Source: Deltaproteobacteria bacterium (GTDB lineage: Bacteria > Bdellovibrionota_C > UBA2361 > SZUA-149 > JADLFC01). From it: 55,594 nucleotides of DNA. Shown in pieces: positions 48,175-55,594 of the stretch. Positions within the stretch are counted from its first letter, which is position 1, and each line of letters starts with the position of its first letter. The translations under genes were made by a program, and so were the position numbers. The DNA lies in assembly GCA_020845775.1 (NCBI GenBank), contig JADLFC010000017.1, forward strand, positions 1-55,594, given 5' to 3'. The notes under the pieces are model-generated. The model ran no database searches. It was not told the DNA's origin and saw nothing but the letters and a program-made list of their open reading frames with translations.

Positions 48175-48199
48175 ATTCTTCGCAAAAAAAGGTCGCTAT

Positions 48200-49162
48200 A
48201 TGAGTCATATGAATATACTTAAGTCGGCGTTAATGTTTGTCACCATAGGGGTCTTTTTTTTGCTATTTTCGCCGGCCTCTTTTGCGCAATCCGCTGCTAG
48301 GACAGACGGCAACATCATTAATGAGGTAGTGGCCGACATCGATGGAGAACCGTTGACAGTTAAAGATTTAGAGCAATACGCAGCCCTTCAGGGACAAGAT
48401 TTACCGCCAGACATTTTTGGCGGGGACACAAAAATTATGCAGCTCGTCAAGGATATGGTGCTAAGCAAACTAATCGAACGCGAAGCTAAGGAAAGTGGGA
48501 TAGAGGTGAGTTCCGAGGAGATAGCCTCATATATTGAGGAGATTCGGCGACAGAACGGAGTCGACATAGATGGTTTCCGGAAGTTATTGGAGAGTCGTGG
48601 CCTTTCGGAACAAGACTACAAAAGGGTGGTTGCAGGCGATATTTTGCGTGCCAAGGTTATTAGCGCCAAAGTGCGTGCAAAAGTTCAAATAGTCGACGAG
48701 GACGTCAAGCGATATATAGAGAAAAACCCACAAAGGATTCCGCCGGCAGGAATGGTTAGAGTAGAGCAGATATTTTTTCCAATCGATATTTCTGCGAACG
48801 AAAAGGCTTTGGCCGAGACACTATCGGAGTTGCGAAAAAGAATCATCGGCGGCCTGGAATTCTCACAGGCTGGTGGCGCGAATTATAGTGACCTGGGATA
48901 TATGAATTTAGCGGATCTATCAACTGAGTTGAGGCAGGCGGCGGTGGGGCTTGAAGACGGTGGCGTAAGTAATGTAATAATCGCAGGTCAGGGGGTTTAT
49001 TTGTTGCGCGTTTCGGGATCTACGCGCGGAGAGAACGGGGTAGCTCCGGGCATGGAAAAACAGATTCGAGACGAGCTCTACCAAGCTGCGCTTAAGGAAG
49101 GGCTAGAAAAATTCCTTACTGAGCAACTACCAACAAAATATGAGGTCGAGATAAAGCTATAG
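48200..49162 (+). CDS. SurA-like periplasmic chaperone/peptidyl-prolyl isomerase
   Basis: A signal peptide (MSHMNILKSALMFVTIGVFFLLFSPASFAQS) is followed by a SurA N-terminal chaperone domain and a parvulin-like segment. The track ORF begins at 48158 and overlaps the mfd stop. Confidence 0.7.
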   Translation: MSHMNILKSALMFVTIGVFFLLFSPASFAQSAARTDGNIINEVVADIDGEPLTVKDLEQYAALQGQDLPPDIFGGDTKIMQLVKDMVLSKLIEREAKESGIEVSSEEIASYIEEIRRQNGVDIDGFRKLLESRGLSEQDYKRVVAGDILRAKVISAKVRAKVQIVDEDVKRYIEKNPQRIPPAGMVRVEQIFFPIDISANEKALAETLSELRKRIIGGLEFSQAGGANYSDLGYMNLADLSTELRQAAVGLEDGGVSNVIIAGQGVYLLRVSGSTRGENGVAPGMEKQIRDELYQAALKEGLEKFLTEQLPTKYEVEIKL

Positions 49163-49191
49163 ACATTACTACTATATGTTTCTCGACTATC

Positions 49192-49219
49192 TAATTACTG
49201 TAATTAATTTGTGTTTTTT
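49192..49219 (+). terminator. Weak AT-rich hairpin plus T-run after the surA-like gene
   Basis: taattactgtaatta is followed by atttgtgttttttctg. The stem is short, and it may only attenuate transcription. Confidence 0.25.
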
Positions 49220-49247
49220 CTGTTATTCGAACTAGGGAGAAAGACAA

Positions 49248-50633
49248 TTGGTCGCAAAAGAAAAAATTTATAGAGAGTATGACATTAGAGGCGTGGTAGG
49301 CGAAGATTTTGATGCCAATTTTGCCTACGAGCTTGGCCGCGCATTTGCGGAGCTAATGCGCCAGCGCCTTGGCGATGGAGTTTACGAAGTTGCTGTTGGC
49401 CGAGATTGTCGCTTAAGCGGAGAAGAATTAGGGACTCGCCTAATAGAAGGATTGTGCGATGCGGGAATGGATGTAGTGTTTACCGGTATGGGACCGACCC
49501 CGCAGTTGTACTATTCAGTTTTTGCTCTTGGTACAAAGGCAGGCATACAAATCACTGGCAGTCATAATCCGGCAGACCAGAATGGTTTTAAAATGATGAT
49601 TGGTGAGTTAACGCTTAGTGGGGCCGACATACAATTGCTAAAAAAGCTCGTAAACACTAGGCGTGCCAATTCGTATAACGGCCCCGGTGGCGGCTGCCGC
49701 GAGTTAGACATGACGTCAACTTACGTAAGTGAACTAATCGAGCGCTCAAAGCCGCATATGGGGCAAAGGAAGCTAAGAGTTGTTGTTGATGCTGGAAATG
49801 GGGTAGGTGGACTTTGTGGCCCGGATGTTTTGAGGGGCTTGGGTTGCGAAGTAATTGAGCTGTACACCGAGGCTGACGGTAGCTTCCCCAATCATCATCC
49901 AGACCCGACGGTGTTAGAAAATATCGCTGAAATGCGCGAGCGCGTCGTCTCCGAGAGGGCGGATTTGGGGATAGCCTGGGATGGCGATGCTGATCGAATT
50001 GGGGTGGTTGATGAAAACGGGGCTGTGATCTACGGCGACATGCTGTTAATTCTCTACGGGAGACAACTTCTCAAGGAGGTAAAAAAGCCCATTATCATTG
50101 CTGATGTTAAGTGTTCGGAAGTGCTGTTTTCTACTCTTCGCAATGAAGGAGCCGAAGCAGTTATGTGGAAAACTGGCCATAGCTTAATAAAGGGCAAGTT
50201 GCGAGAATTAAATGCCCATTTAGCAGGCGAAATGAGTGGTCATGTTTTCTTTAAGCACCGCTATTATGGCTTCGACGATGCGATTCATGCTTCGGCAAGA
50301 TTAGTAGAGATTTTAAGCAATAGCGACAAGTCACTAGGGACGTTATTAGGCGACATTCCGCATATGGTAAGCACGCCCGAAATTCGCGTAGACTGTATTG
50401 AGGAACAGAAGTTTAAGATTGTCGACATTATGAAGTCGGCCTTTTCCGAATACACTGTAAACACGCTCGATGGGGTTCGAGTAACGTTTCCCAGCGGCTG
50501 GGGTTTGGTCAGGGCGTCTAACACCCAACCGGTGCTAGTAATGAGATTTGAGGCGGACAGTGCAGAGCATTTGGACGAATACAGAAAGATAGTGGAGTCT
50601 AGGCTCGAACAAGCAGTTAAAGAACTTGGCTAA
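49248..50633 (+). CDS. Phosphomannomutase/phosphoglucomutase (alpha-D-phosphohexomutase)
   Basis: Active-site TGSHNPADQNGFK and the metal-binding loop DGDADR are present. The start is a TTG with a GGGAGA Shine-Dalgarno 8 nt upstream. Confidence 0.88.
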   Translation: MVAKEKIYREYDIRGVVGEDFDANFAYELGRAFAELMRQRLGDGVYEVAVGRDCRLSGEELGTRLIEGLCDAGMDVVFTGMGPTPQLYYSVFALGTKAGIQITGSHNPADQNGFKMMIGELTLSGADIQLLKKLVNTRRANSYNGPGGGCRELDMTSTYVSELIERSKPHMGQRKLRVVVDAGNGVGGLCGPDVLRGLGCEVIELYTEADGSFPNHHPDPTVLENIAEMRERVVSERADLGIAWDGDADRIGVVDENGAVIYGDMLLILYGRQLLKEVKKPIIIADVKCSEVLFSTLRNEGAEAVMWKTGHSLIKGKLRELNAHLAGEMSGHVFFKHRYYGFDDAIHASARLVEILSNSDKSLGTLLGDIPHMVSTPEIRVDCIEEQKFKIVDIMKSAFSEYTVNTLDGVRVTFPSGWGLVRASNTQPVLVMRFEADSAEHLDEYRKIVESRLEQAVKELG

Positions 50634-50652
50634 GCGTCCGCGAATTCGCCTT

Positions 50653-53292
50653 ATGCGTGATGAGATATGCATCATCGAGGCCAATGAAAACAATTTGGCG
50701 CGCATTAACTGTTTTTTTTCGCGAAATGCCCTTAACGTGGTTACTGGGCCGTCTGGCTCTGGCAAGACGTCATTAGTATTTGACGTATTATGCCGAGAAG
50801 CGCAGTGGCGTTTTTTTGAGAGTTCTCTAAGCCGCTCAAAAAATATTGCCGTTAGTTTAAAGCGTCCGGACGTCAAATCCATCAGCGGTCTTTCATTTGT
50901 ATCTGGGATCAGTTTCCGCGATCTTCCGTCGCCGTTTGCTACGTTGTCTACGCTTACTCGCATCTATGAGTACTTGCGCTTAATTTTCTATTACTGCGGC
51001 GCTCCACATTGCCTAAATTGCGGTGCGAAACTTTCCTGCCATTCGCGCCGCGATATGTGTCGTTTCGCGCTGACAATGGCCAAGGATTCGGCGATTGCCG
51101 TAATTGTACGCTTTAAAAAAGTTTCGCGGGAGCAGTTTAGGGAAAAATGCAAGGATTTTGGATCCAAGGGATTCTCGCGCATTCGATTGGGAAAGAAGTT
51201 TTTTCACATCGACGATGCGTTACGCCTAAAGATTAATGAGCCACAGCTAACATTTTCGCTAGTAATAGATGTAATTCCACAGTGTGCTGACAATCGCAGT
51301 GAGGCTCGAATTATCGAGGCACTCGAGACGGCGCTTAGTGTCGGAGGCGGCGAGGCATTTATCGCCGAGATGCGCGACAGTGGGGAAAAAAGACATCTCT
51401 CGGAGTTGCTGAGATGTAAGGATTGCGAACTCGTACAGAGGCGAATAGAGTTGGCAGCGTTTTCGTACCACAACCCTCATTGCGCCTGCGATACCTGCCG
51501 TGGAAGCGGATTTCGCAGCAGGCATCGCGGTCGACATGGCGCGGCGGAGGAAAAACACTGTCCAGATTGTGGAGGTGCCCGAGTGGGTGTGGAGGCTCGG
51601 CACTATCGCCTATTAGACAGATCTTTCGCACAAGTGGTCGGCGATTCAGTGGACAGCCTCTTAATATTTGCTAAACAGGCAGAGTCTCAGCTTGGCGCTC
51701 AGGAGCACTTTAAACGCACTGGCGATTCTTCTTCTCCTAACGGCGAACGAATGCCTTTTCGTGAAAGCTTCGATGTGTTACGTGCCGCAGCTAAAGAACT
51801 TATTGCACGAGCTAGCAATCTAAGCGAATTGGGACTTGGATATCTTGAATTAAACAGGCCAATAAGCAGTTTGTCTAAAGGAGAGTTACAGCGAGCACAG
51901 CTTGCTCGGGTGTTAAACAATGGCATGAGTGGAATCGTCTATGCGCTGGATGAGCCAACGTTGGGTTTACATCCAAAAGATACAACAAATGTAGTGCGCG
52001 TATTGGAGCGAATCATTAGTCTCGGCAATACAGCTATTGTTATCGAGCACGACTTTTCTTTTGTTGCTCATGCAAGCCACGTACTTTCATTGGGGCCTGG
52101 CGGAGGGACGAATGGTGGAAGAGTGGTTTTTTCTGGCAATGCAAGGGATTATCTGAGCTTTTGCGCCGATAATGAGAGGTCGACTCCTAAGCATGAGGCG
52201 CAGGCGAGAATAGAAGATACGTCGCGCGTAGTGGATAATCTTACATCTGTGGAGAATCCGCCGTGCTTAAGTATCAAAGGTGCTAAGAAAAATAATTTAA
52301 AAAACCTCGATTGCGTTGTTCCTCTAAACCGTCTCGCAGTAATTTGCGGTGTTTCGGGTTCGGGGAAAACTAGCTTAATCGCCGAAACTATTGCGCCAGC
52401 TATAAAAGAGGCTTTGAGGGTAAAGAAGGGTGCTCAAGGTTTAAAACTGATAGCGATTGACTGGAGCAAGTGGCAACTTGAAAGTATTTCGGGCTTTGAG
52501 GGCATAAGCAGGGTGGTTGACTCATGGCGAGCTGCTAGGAAAGACAATCGGCGATCCGTTGTCGCTACTGCAATCGGTGTGATGCTTCCTCTAAGAGGCA
52601 TGTTTGCTCGGACAGTCGGCGCCAAGATGCGAGGTTTTAGCAATAGGCATTTTTCTTTTAACTTGATTGAAGGCGCCTGCATGCGCTGCAAGGGAATTGG
52701 GGTCGAAAAAAGCTTAGCTGAGTCTGGCAACATACTAGAGGCAGTCTGCGAGGATTGCCGTGGAAGGCGCTACCGCCCGGAACTAGAGGAGATTCGTTAT
52801 CGCAATCTGTCTATCCAGGAGGTTTTAGACCTAAACATTGAGCAGGCATTTGCCGTTTTTCAGAAGATTGAGCAGATTGGGCATCCGCTTTCACAGGCCA
52901 TTGAGGTGGGCTTGGGCTATTTAAAGCTGTCCGAGCCTACCGCCTCTCTATCTTTTGGCGAGTACAATCGATTAATGCTAGCAAGAGACATACTGTCTCG
53001 ATCCCTGAGAGGACGAAACAGCCCAGCACTCTATATCTTCGATGAGCCGTCGGAGGGCCTACATAGAGACGAAATTTCGCTTCTCATTAAACTTTTTAGG
53101 CGCTTAGTAAATGCTGGTAATACTGTACTACTAATTGAGCACAATACGCACATAATTAGTGAGGCGGATTTTATTCTGGAACTGGGGCCAGGCGCCGGAC
53201 GGTCTGGAGGAGAAATAATAGCCTCGGGCTCCAAGAAAGAGGTAATGGAGAGCCATCATTCCCTAATAAGGCAGTATTTAAAGAATAACTAG
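50653..53292 (+). CDS. Divergent UvrA-like ABC ATPase (UvrA paralog)
   Basis: N-terminus MRDEICIIEANENNLARINCFFSRNALNVVTGPSGSGKTSL aligns with the UvrA N-terminus and first Walker A. A second Walker A is CGVSGSGKTSL. Walker B and H motifs read ALDEPTLGLH/IEHD and IFDEPSEGLH/IEHN. Both signature motifs are degenerate: LSKGELQRAQLA and LSFGEYNRLMLA in place of LSGGEAQR. Zn-finger-like Cys clusters are retained. Confidence 0.75.
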   Translation: MRDEICIIEANENNLARINCFFSRNALNVVTGPSGSGKTSLVFDVLCREAQWRFFESSLSRSKNIAVSLKRPDVKSISGLSFVSGISFRDLPSPFATLSTLTRIYEYLRLIFYYCGAPHCLNCGAKLSCHSRRDMCRFALTMAKDSAIAVIVRFKKVSREQFREKCKDFGSKGFSRIRLGKKFFHIDDALRLKINEPQLTFSLVIDVIPQCADNRSEARIIEALETALSVGGGEAFIAEMRDSGEKRHLSELLRCKDCELVQRRIELAAFSYHNPHCACDTCRGSGFRSRHRGRHGAAEEKHCPDCGGARVGVEARHYRLLDRSFAQVVGDSVDSLLIFAKQAESQLGAQEHFKRTGDSSSPNGERMPFRESFDVLRAAAKELIARASNLSELGLGYLELNRPISSLSKGELQRAQLARVLNNGMSGIVYALDEPTLGLHPKDTTNVVRVLERIISLGNTAIVIEHDFSFVAHASHVLSLGPGGGTNGGRVVFSGNARDYLSFCADNERSTPKHEAQARIEDTSRVVDNLTSVENPPCLSIKGAKKNNLKNLDCVVPLNRLAVICGVSGSGKTSLIAETIAPAIKEALRVKKGAQGLKLIAIDWSKWQLESISGFEGISRVVDSWRAARKDNRRSVVATAIGVMLPLRGMFARTVGAKMRGFSNRHFSFNLIEGACMRCKGIGVEKSLAESGNILEAVCEDCRGRRYRPELEEIRYRNLSIQEVLDLNIEQAFAVFQKIEQIGHPLSQAIEVGLGYLKLSEPTASLSFGEYNRLMLARDILSRSLRGRNSPALYIFDEPSEGLHRDEISLLIKLFRRLVNAGNTVLLIEHNTHIISEADFILELGPGAGRSGGEIIASGSKKEVMESHHSLIRQYLKNN

Positions 53293-53419
53293 GAAATAAG
53301 CTAGTATTAGCGTAACTATTATTGAAAAACCGCTAATAACTATTAGTGTAAGATGATAGATTTTAGGCTTCGGTAAGTTGTTTTGTAGTAACATTCGCGC
53401 CAAATTGGCTTTTTTAAGG

Positions 53420-53435
53420 TGGCACAATTATTGCA
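53420..53435 (+). promoter_or_regulatory. Sigma-54 (RpoN) promoter upstream of the tad pseudopilin genes
   Basis: TGGCAC-aatta-TTGCA at 53420-53435 matches the -24/-12 consensus TGGCAC-N5-TTGCA exactly, with GG-to-GC spacing of 12 nt. It lies about 200 nt upstream of tadE. Confidence 0.6.
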
Positions 53436-53636
53436 GTTTTTTGTTCGAGAGTGATTACGGCGTGCAATTTTTCATAGGCGGTTACTTCTGTGCACATTCT
53501 GTTCGACGAGATGCAGAGACGGCAGGTTTTTTTGCGCTGAACTGCCTAACAGGAGGCGCTTGTTCTCTCGCGCTTGTTCACTTGCTTGAATTGGATACTG
53601 CTGCGTGATATTTTAGGATTTGGGGGGTTTTTTGCT

Positions 53637-54113
53637 ATGCCTTTAATGAGGTGTAATCTAGGAGATAATAGAGGTATCTCACTAGTAGAGCTTTCAATTA
53701 TTCTTCCAATGTTGATGCTGCTTTTAGGCGGCATAGTGGATGTCGGTCTAACGCTTAGGACTTATCAGGTCGTCTCGGAAGCTGCTAGACAGGCGGCTCG
53801 AGTTGGTAGTGGCGTTAGCTGTGCTGACGCTCCCGGCGTGGCTGTGGACACTGCTACTAATTTCCTTACGAATGCTGGTTATAAAGTTCAGGAAGTAAAA
53901 GGAGATGAGACTATTAACCACTGGATTATCGCTGCCGTTCAGGCGCAACACCAAGAGGGTTTGGGAACGGCGGCATTCGATGAGTGCATGTTAAGGGTAT
54001 CGATCGACCAAAACACTCCGTCCTGCGTCATCTGTTTGGGCGAGACTTTTCTTGGGCTTCGCGCTAACGCGGAGAGCACATTTGCCATGGAGCCAGGATG
54101 CAAATGTCCGTAG
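53637..54113 (+). CDS. tadE: TadE-like Flp pilus assembly protein (pseudopilin)
   Basis: MPLMRCNLGDNRGISLVELSIILPMLMLLLGGIVDVGLTL is a TadE N-terminal motif. Start chosen at the internal ATG at 53637; the track ORF begins at 53574. Confidence 0.75.
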   Translation: MPLMRCNLGDNRGISLVELSIILPMLMLLLGGIVDVGLTLRTYQVVSEAARQAARVGSGVSCADAPGVAVDTATNFLTNAGYKVQEVKGDETINHWIIAAVQAQHQEGLGTAAFDECMLRVSIDQNTPSCVICLGETFLGLRANAESTFAMEPGCKCP

Positions 54114-54616
54114 ATGCTCAATCGATCTCATCGTTACTACAAACCTTTAGACAGCAGAAGGGAGCTACGATGCTAGAGTTCAGCCTTTCGTGTCTAGTTT
54201 TAATTGGAATTGTGGGCGCCGTTTTCGACGTAGGCATTGGTTTTCGCAACTACGTATTGATGACTCATACCACAAATGAGGCTGTTCGCGAATTTGCAGC
54301 GCGAGCGGGTGGGCTGCTCTTACCTCCGGCATGTGAAGATTTAGTAAGCAATAAGGCATCGCCAAAATGTAACGAGTTGGGCGCATGTTTGGCGCTTAGT
54401 GCGAAAAATGCACTCGAAAAGGAGATGGGTATTAGCGGTGACTATGAATTTTTAGCAACAGTTGGAAGTAAGGGAAGGGAGTTCGTATCACTTGAGGGGA
54501 GATGGCCGCTAGACTGTTTCTTTTGCTTATTGCTGCCAGATAACAAAAATTTCACTGTAAGAACTAGAAGTAGCTCCTTAATCGAAAATATGAATTTTCG
54601 CTGTGCAAATGAATAG
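54098..54616 (+). CDS. tadF: TadE/TadF-like Flp pilus assembly protein (pseudopilin)
   Basis: RQQKGATMLEFSLSCLVLIGIVGAVFDVGIGF is a TadE-family N-terminus. It overlaps tadE by 16 nt. Confidence 0.7.
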   Translation: MQMSVDAQSISSLLQTFRQQKGATMLEFSLSCLVLIGIVGAVFDVGIGFRNYVLMTHTTNEAVREFAARAGGLLLPPACEDLVSNKASPKCNELGACLALSAKNALEKEMGISGDYEFLATVGSKGREFVSLEGRWPLDCFFCLLLPDNKNFTVRTRSSSLIENMNFRCANE

Positions 54617-54648
54617 TAGTTGGTTTGGAATGAGGCTTTTTGGTTGAT

Positions 54649-55594
54649 ATGGGTTTAGGCAATTTTTTTAATTCTAACGACAGGCGGACTCGTGCTTTTG
54701 ACGAGCGTGGCTCAGTGATAGTCTTTGTCGCACTGCTAATTGGAGTAATGGTTGGCGTGGTCGGTTTGGTAGTGGATCATTCTAGGCATGCCGTAACTGC
54801 TCTTCACCTTAAGACTGTTGCTGATGCTGCCTCGCTTGCGGCATCGCGCAAACTGGATGGAACCCATGACGGCTGGCGACAGGCCAAACGTGCGGCCGTA
54901 GCAGTATTGAGGCAAAGTAAGATTTACGGAGTGGGGAATATTAGCTTCGAGTCTGCAAGTTTTAATGATGGCGTTGATGACCCATATGAGGATAGTGCCA
55001 ATTACAAAGCCACCAAGATGCGCGTTGGCGATGTTGCACTAACTATTGAGCGAGGTGCATGGTGGTATGAAGTGGATGAACACAAAGACGATGCCGGCCA
55101 ACAGAAGTTTTTTTCATTTGAGGGCTTGAAGGAAGTAAATGATTTTCCACCTTATGCTTTAGCGAATGCCGCTCAAGTTAGCCTAGAGCTTGCTGAAATG
55201 GATTTAACTTTTGCGAAAGTTTTTGGGCAGTCAAAGATTGGCACTACGGCGAGAGTAAGTACTGCAATTTCCGATAACGAGGTTCAGGAAGTTTGCGTAC
55301 TGCCAATTGCAATAAAGGATTGCATGCTGCGCATGGCCCCAGGCGCAAAAGACGATGGCTTCATGTACGATGAGTTTCACGCCGAGAAGCAATGTTCCAG
55401 AGAGGTAGCTACAAAAGTGGGAATGCAAGAGATGCCGCAGTTAGAGGAGGGGGCTCGATTGGCTGAATCCTATGTCTTGCGCACAGTTCCAGAAAGCTCT
55501 TCCGCTGGTAAGCTTCCCGAGCGAGATAACAAAATGGTTAACATCGAGGCAGTATTTGGGCTTCCAACGACTAACTTTCAAAGCTCGAAGGCCA
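54649..55594 (+). CDS. tadG: TadG-like Flp pilus assembly protein, N-terminal part (runs off the window end)
   Basis: Hand translation gives MGLGNFFNSNDRRTRAFDERGSVIVFVALLIGVMVGVVGLVVDHSRHAVTALHLKTVADAASLAASRKL..., a TadG N-terminal motif. There is no stop codon before the window end. Confidence 0.65.
   Translation, partial: MGLGNFFNSNDRRTRAFDERGSVIVFVALLIGVMVGVVGLVVDHSRHAVTALHLKTVADAASLAASRKLDGTHDGWRQAKRAAVAVLRQSKIYGVGNISFESASFNDGVDDPYEDSANYKATKMRVGDVALTIERGAWWYEVDEHKDDAGQQKFFSFEGLKEVNDFPPYALANAAQVSLELAEMDLTFAKVFGQSKIGTTARVSTAISDNEVQEVCVLPIAIKDCMLRMAPGAKDDGFMYDEFHAEKQCSREVATKVGMQEMPQLEEGARLAESYVLRTVPESSSAGKLPERDNKMVNIEAVFGLPTTNFQSSKA

Noticed and set aside
53378-53608. 76-aa + strand ORF in the uvrA-like/tadE intergenic region
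   Set aside because: It lies across the sigma-54 promoter and the leader direct repeats. It has no ribosome-binding site, shows no similarity to known proteins, and has an odd composition. It is more likely untranslated leader.
1-55594. tRNA, rRNA, CRISPR arrays, transposases, integrases or other mobile-element hallmarks
   Set aside because: A scan found no T-loop-like GGTTCGAATCC contexts in intergenic gaps. It found no short direct repeats regularly spaced by unique spacers. It found no DDE or tyrosine-recombinase ORFs. The only repeats are the structured intergenic family reported above.

Overview
This 55.6-kb window is chromosomal DNA from a Gram-negative bacterium. Evidence for that: a SurA-like periplasmic chaperone, lipoproteins, an LTXXQ periplasmic protein, PilT/PilU, Tad pseudopilins and a 495-aa proteobacterial-type NusA. 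GC content is about 50%. Gene order and content suggest a delta-proteobacterium-like lineage, but this cannot be settled from sequence alone.

Most of the window is housekeeping:
- pyrB' (truncated at the window start)-pyrC-carA-carB-greA
- glpK plus an aldehyde dehydrogenase
- the rimP-nusA-ylxR-infB-rbfA-nrnA-truB translation cluster
- ispB (minus strand) and bioF-bioH-bioC
- pssA, rpoZ-spoT
- mfd-surA-pgm with a divergent uvrA paralog

Accessory content:
- a secreted 1161-aa reprolysin-type metalloprotease fused to cadherin-like domains and about 11 FG-GAP repeats
- an NfeD-flotillin pair
- a soluble PAS/MCP-like protein
- a UPRT-like protein with NamZ (DUF1343)
- an Rrf2 regulator with a COG0701 permease
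- a DUF5658 membrane protein and a large lipoprotein
- pilT-pilU
- Tad pseudopilin genes (tadE, tadF, tadG') at the 3' end

The observations not explained by ordinary annotation:
1. A family of about 125-bp dispersed repeats, each with three stem-loops. There are three full copies and one internally deleted copy. Compensatory base changes preserve the stems. One copy supplies the last codons of nrnA.
2. A 55-aa Flp-type pilin gene, too short to appear on the ORF track, lying directly upstream of and co-oriented with pilT-pilU.
3. A perfect sigma-54 promoter (TGGCAC-N5-TTGCA) upstream of tadE.
4. A full-length UvrA paralog in which both ABC signature motifs are degenerate, sitting in the mfd neighbourhood.

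No rRNA, tRNA, CRISPR array, transposase or integrase was recognised.
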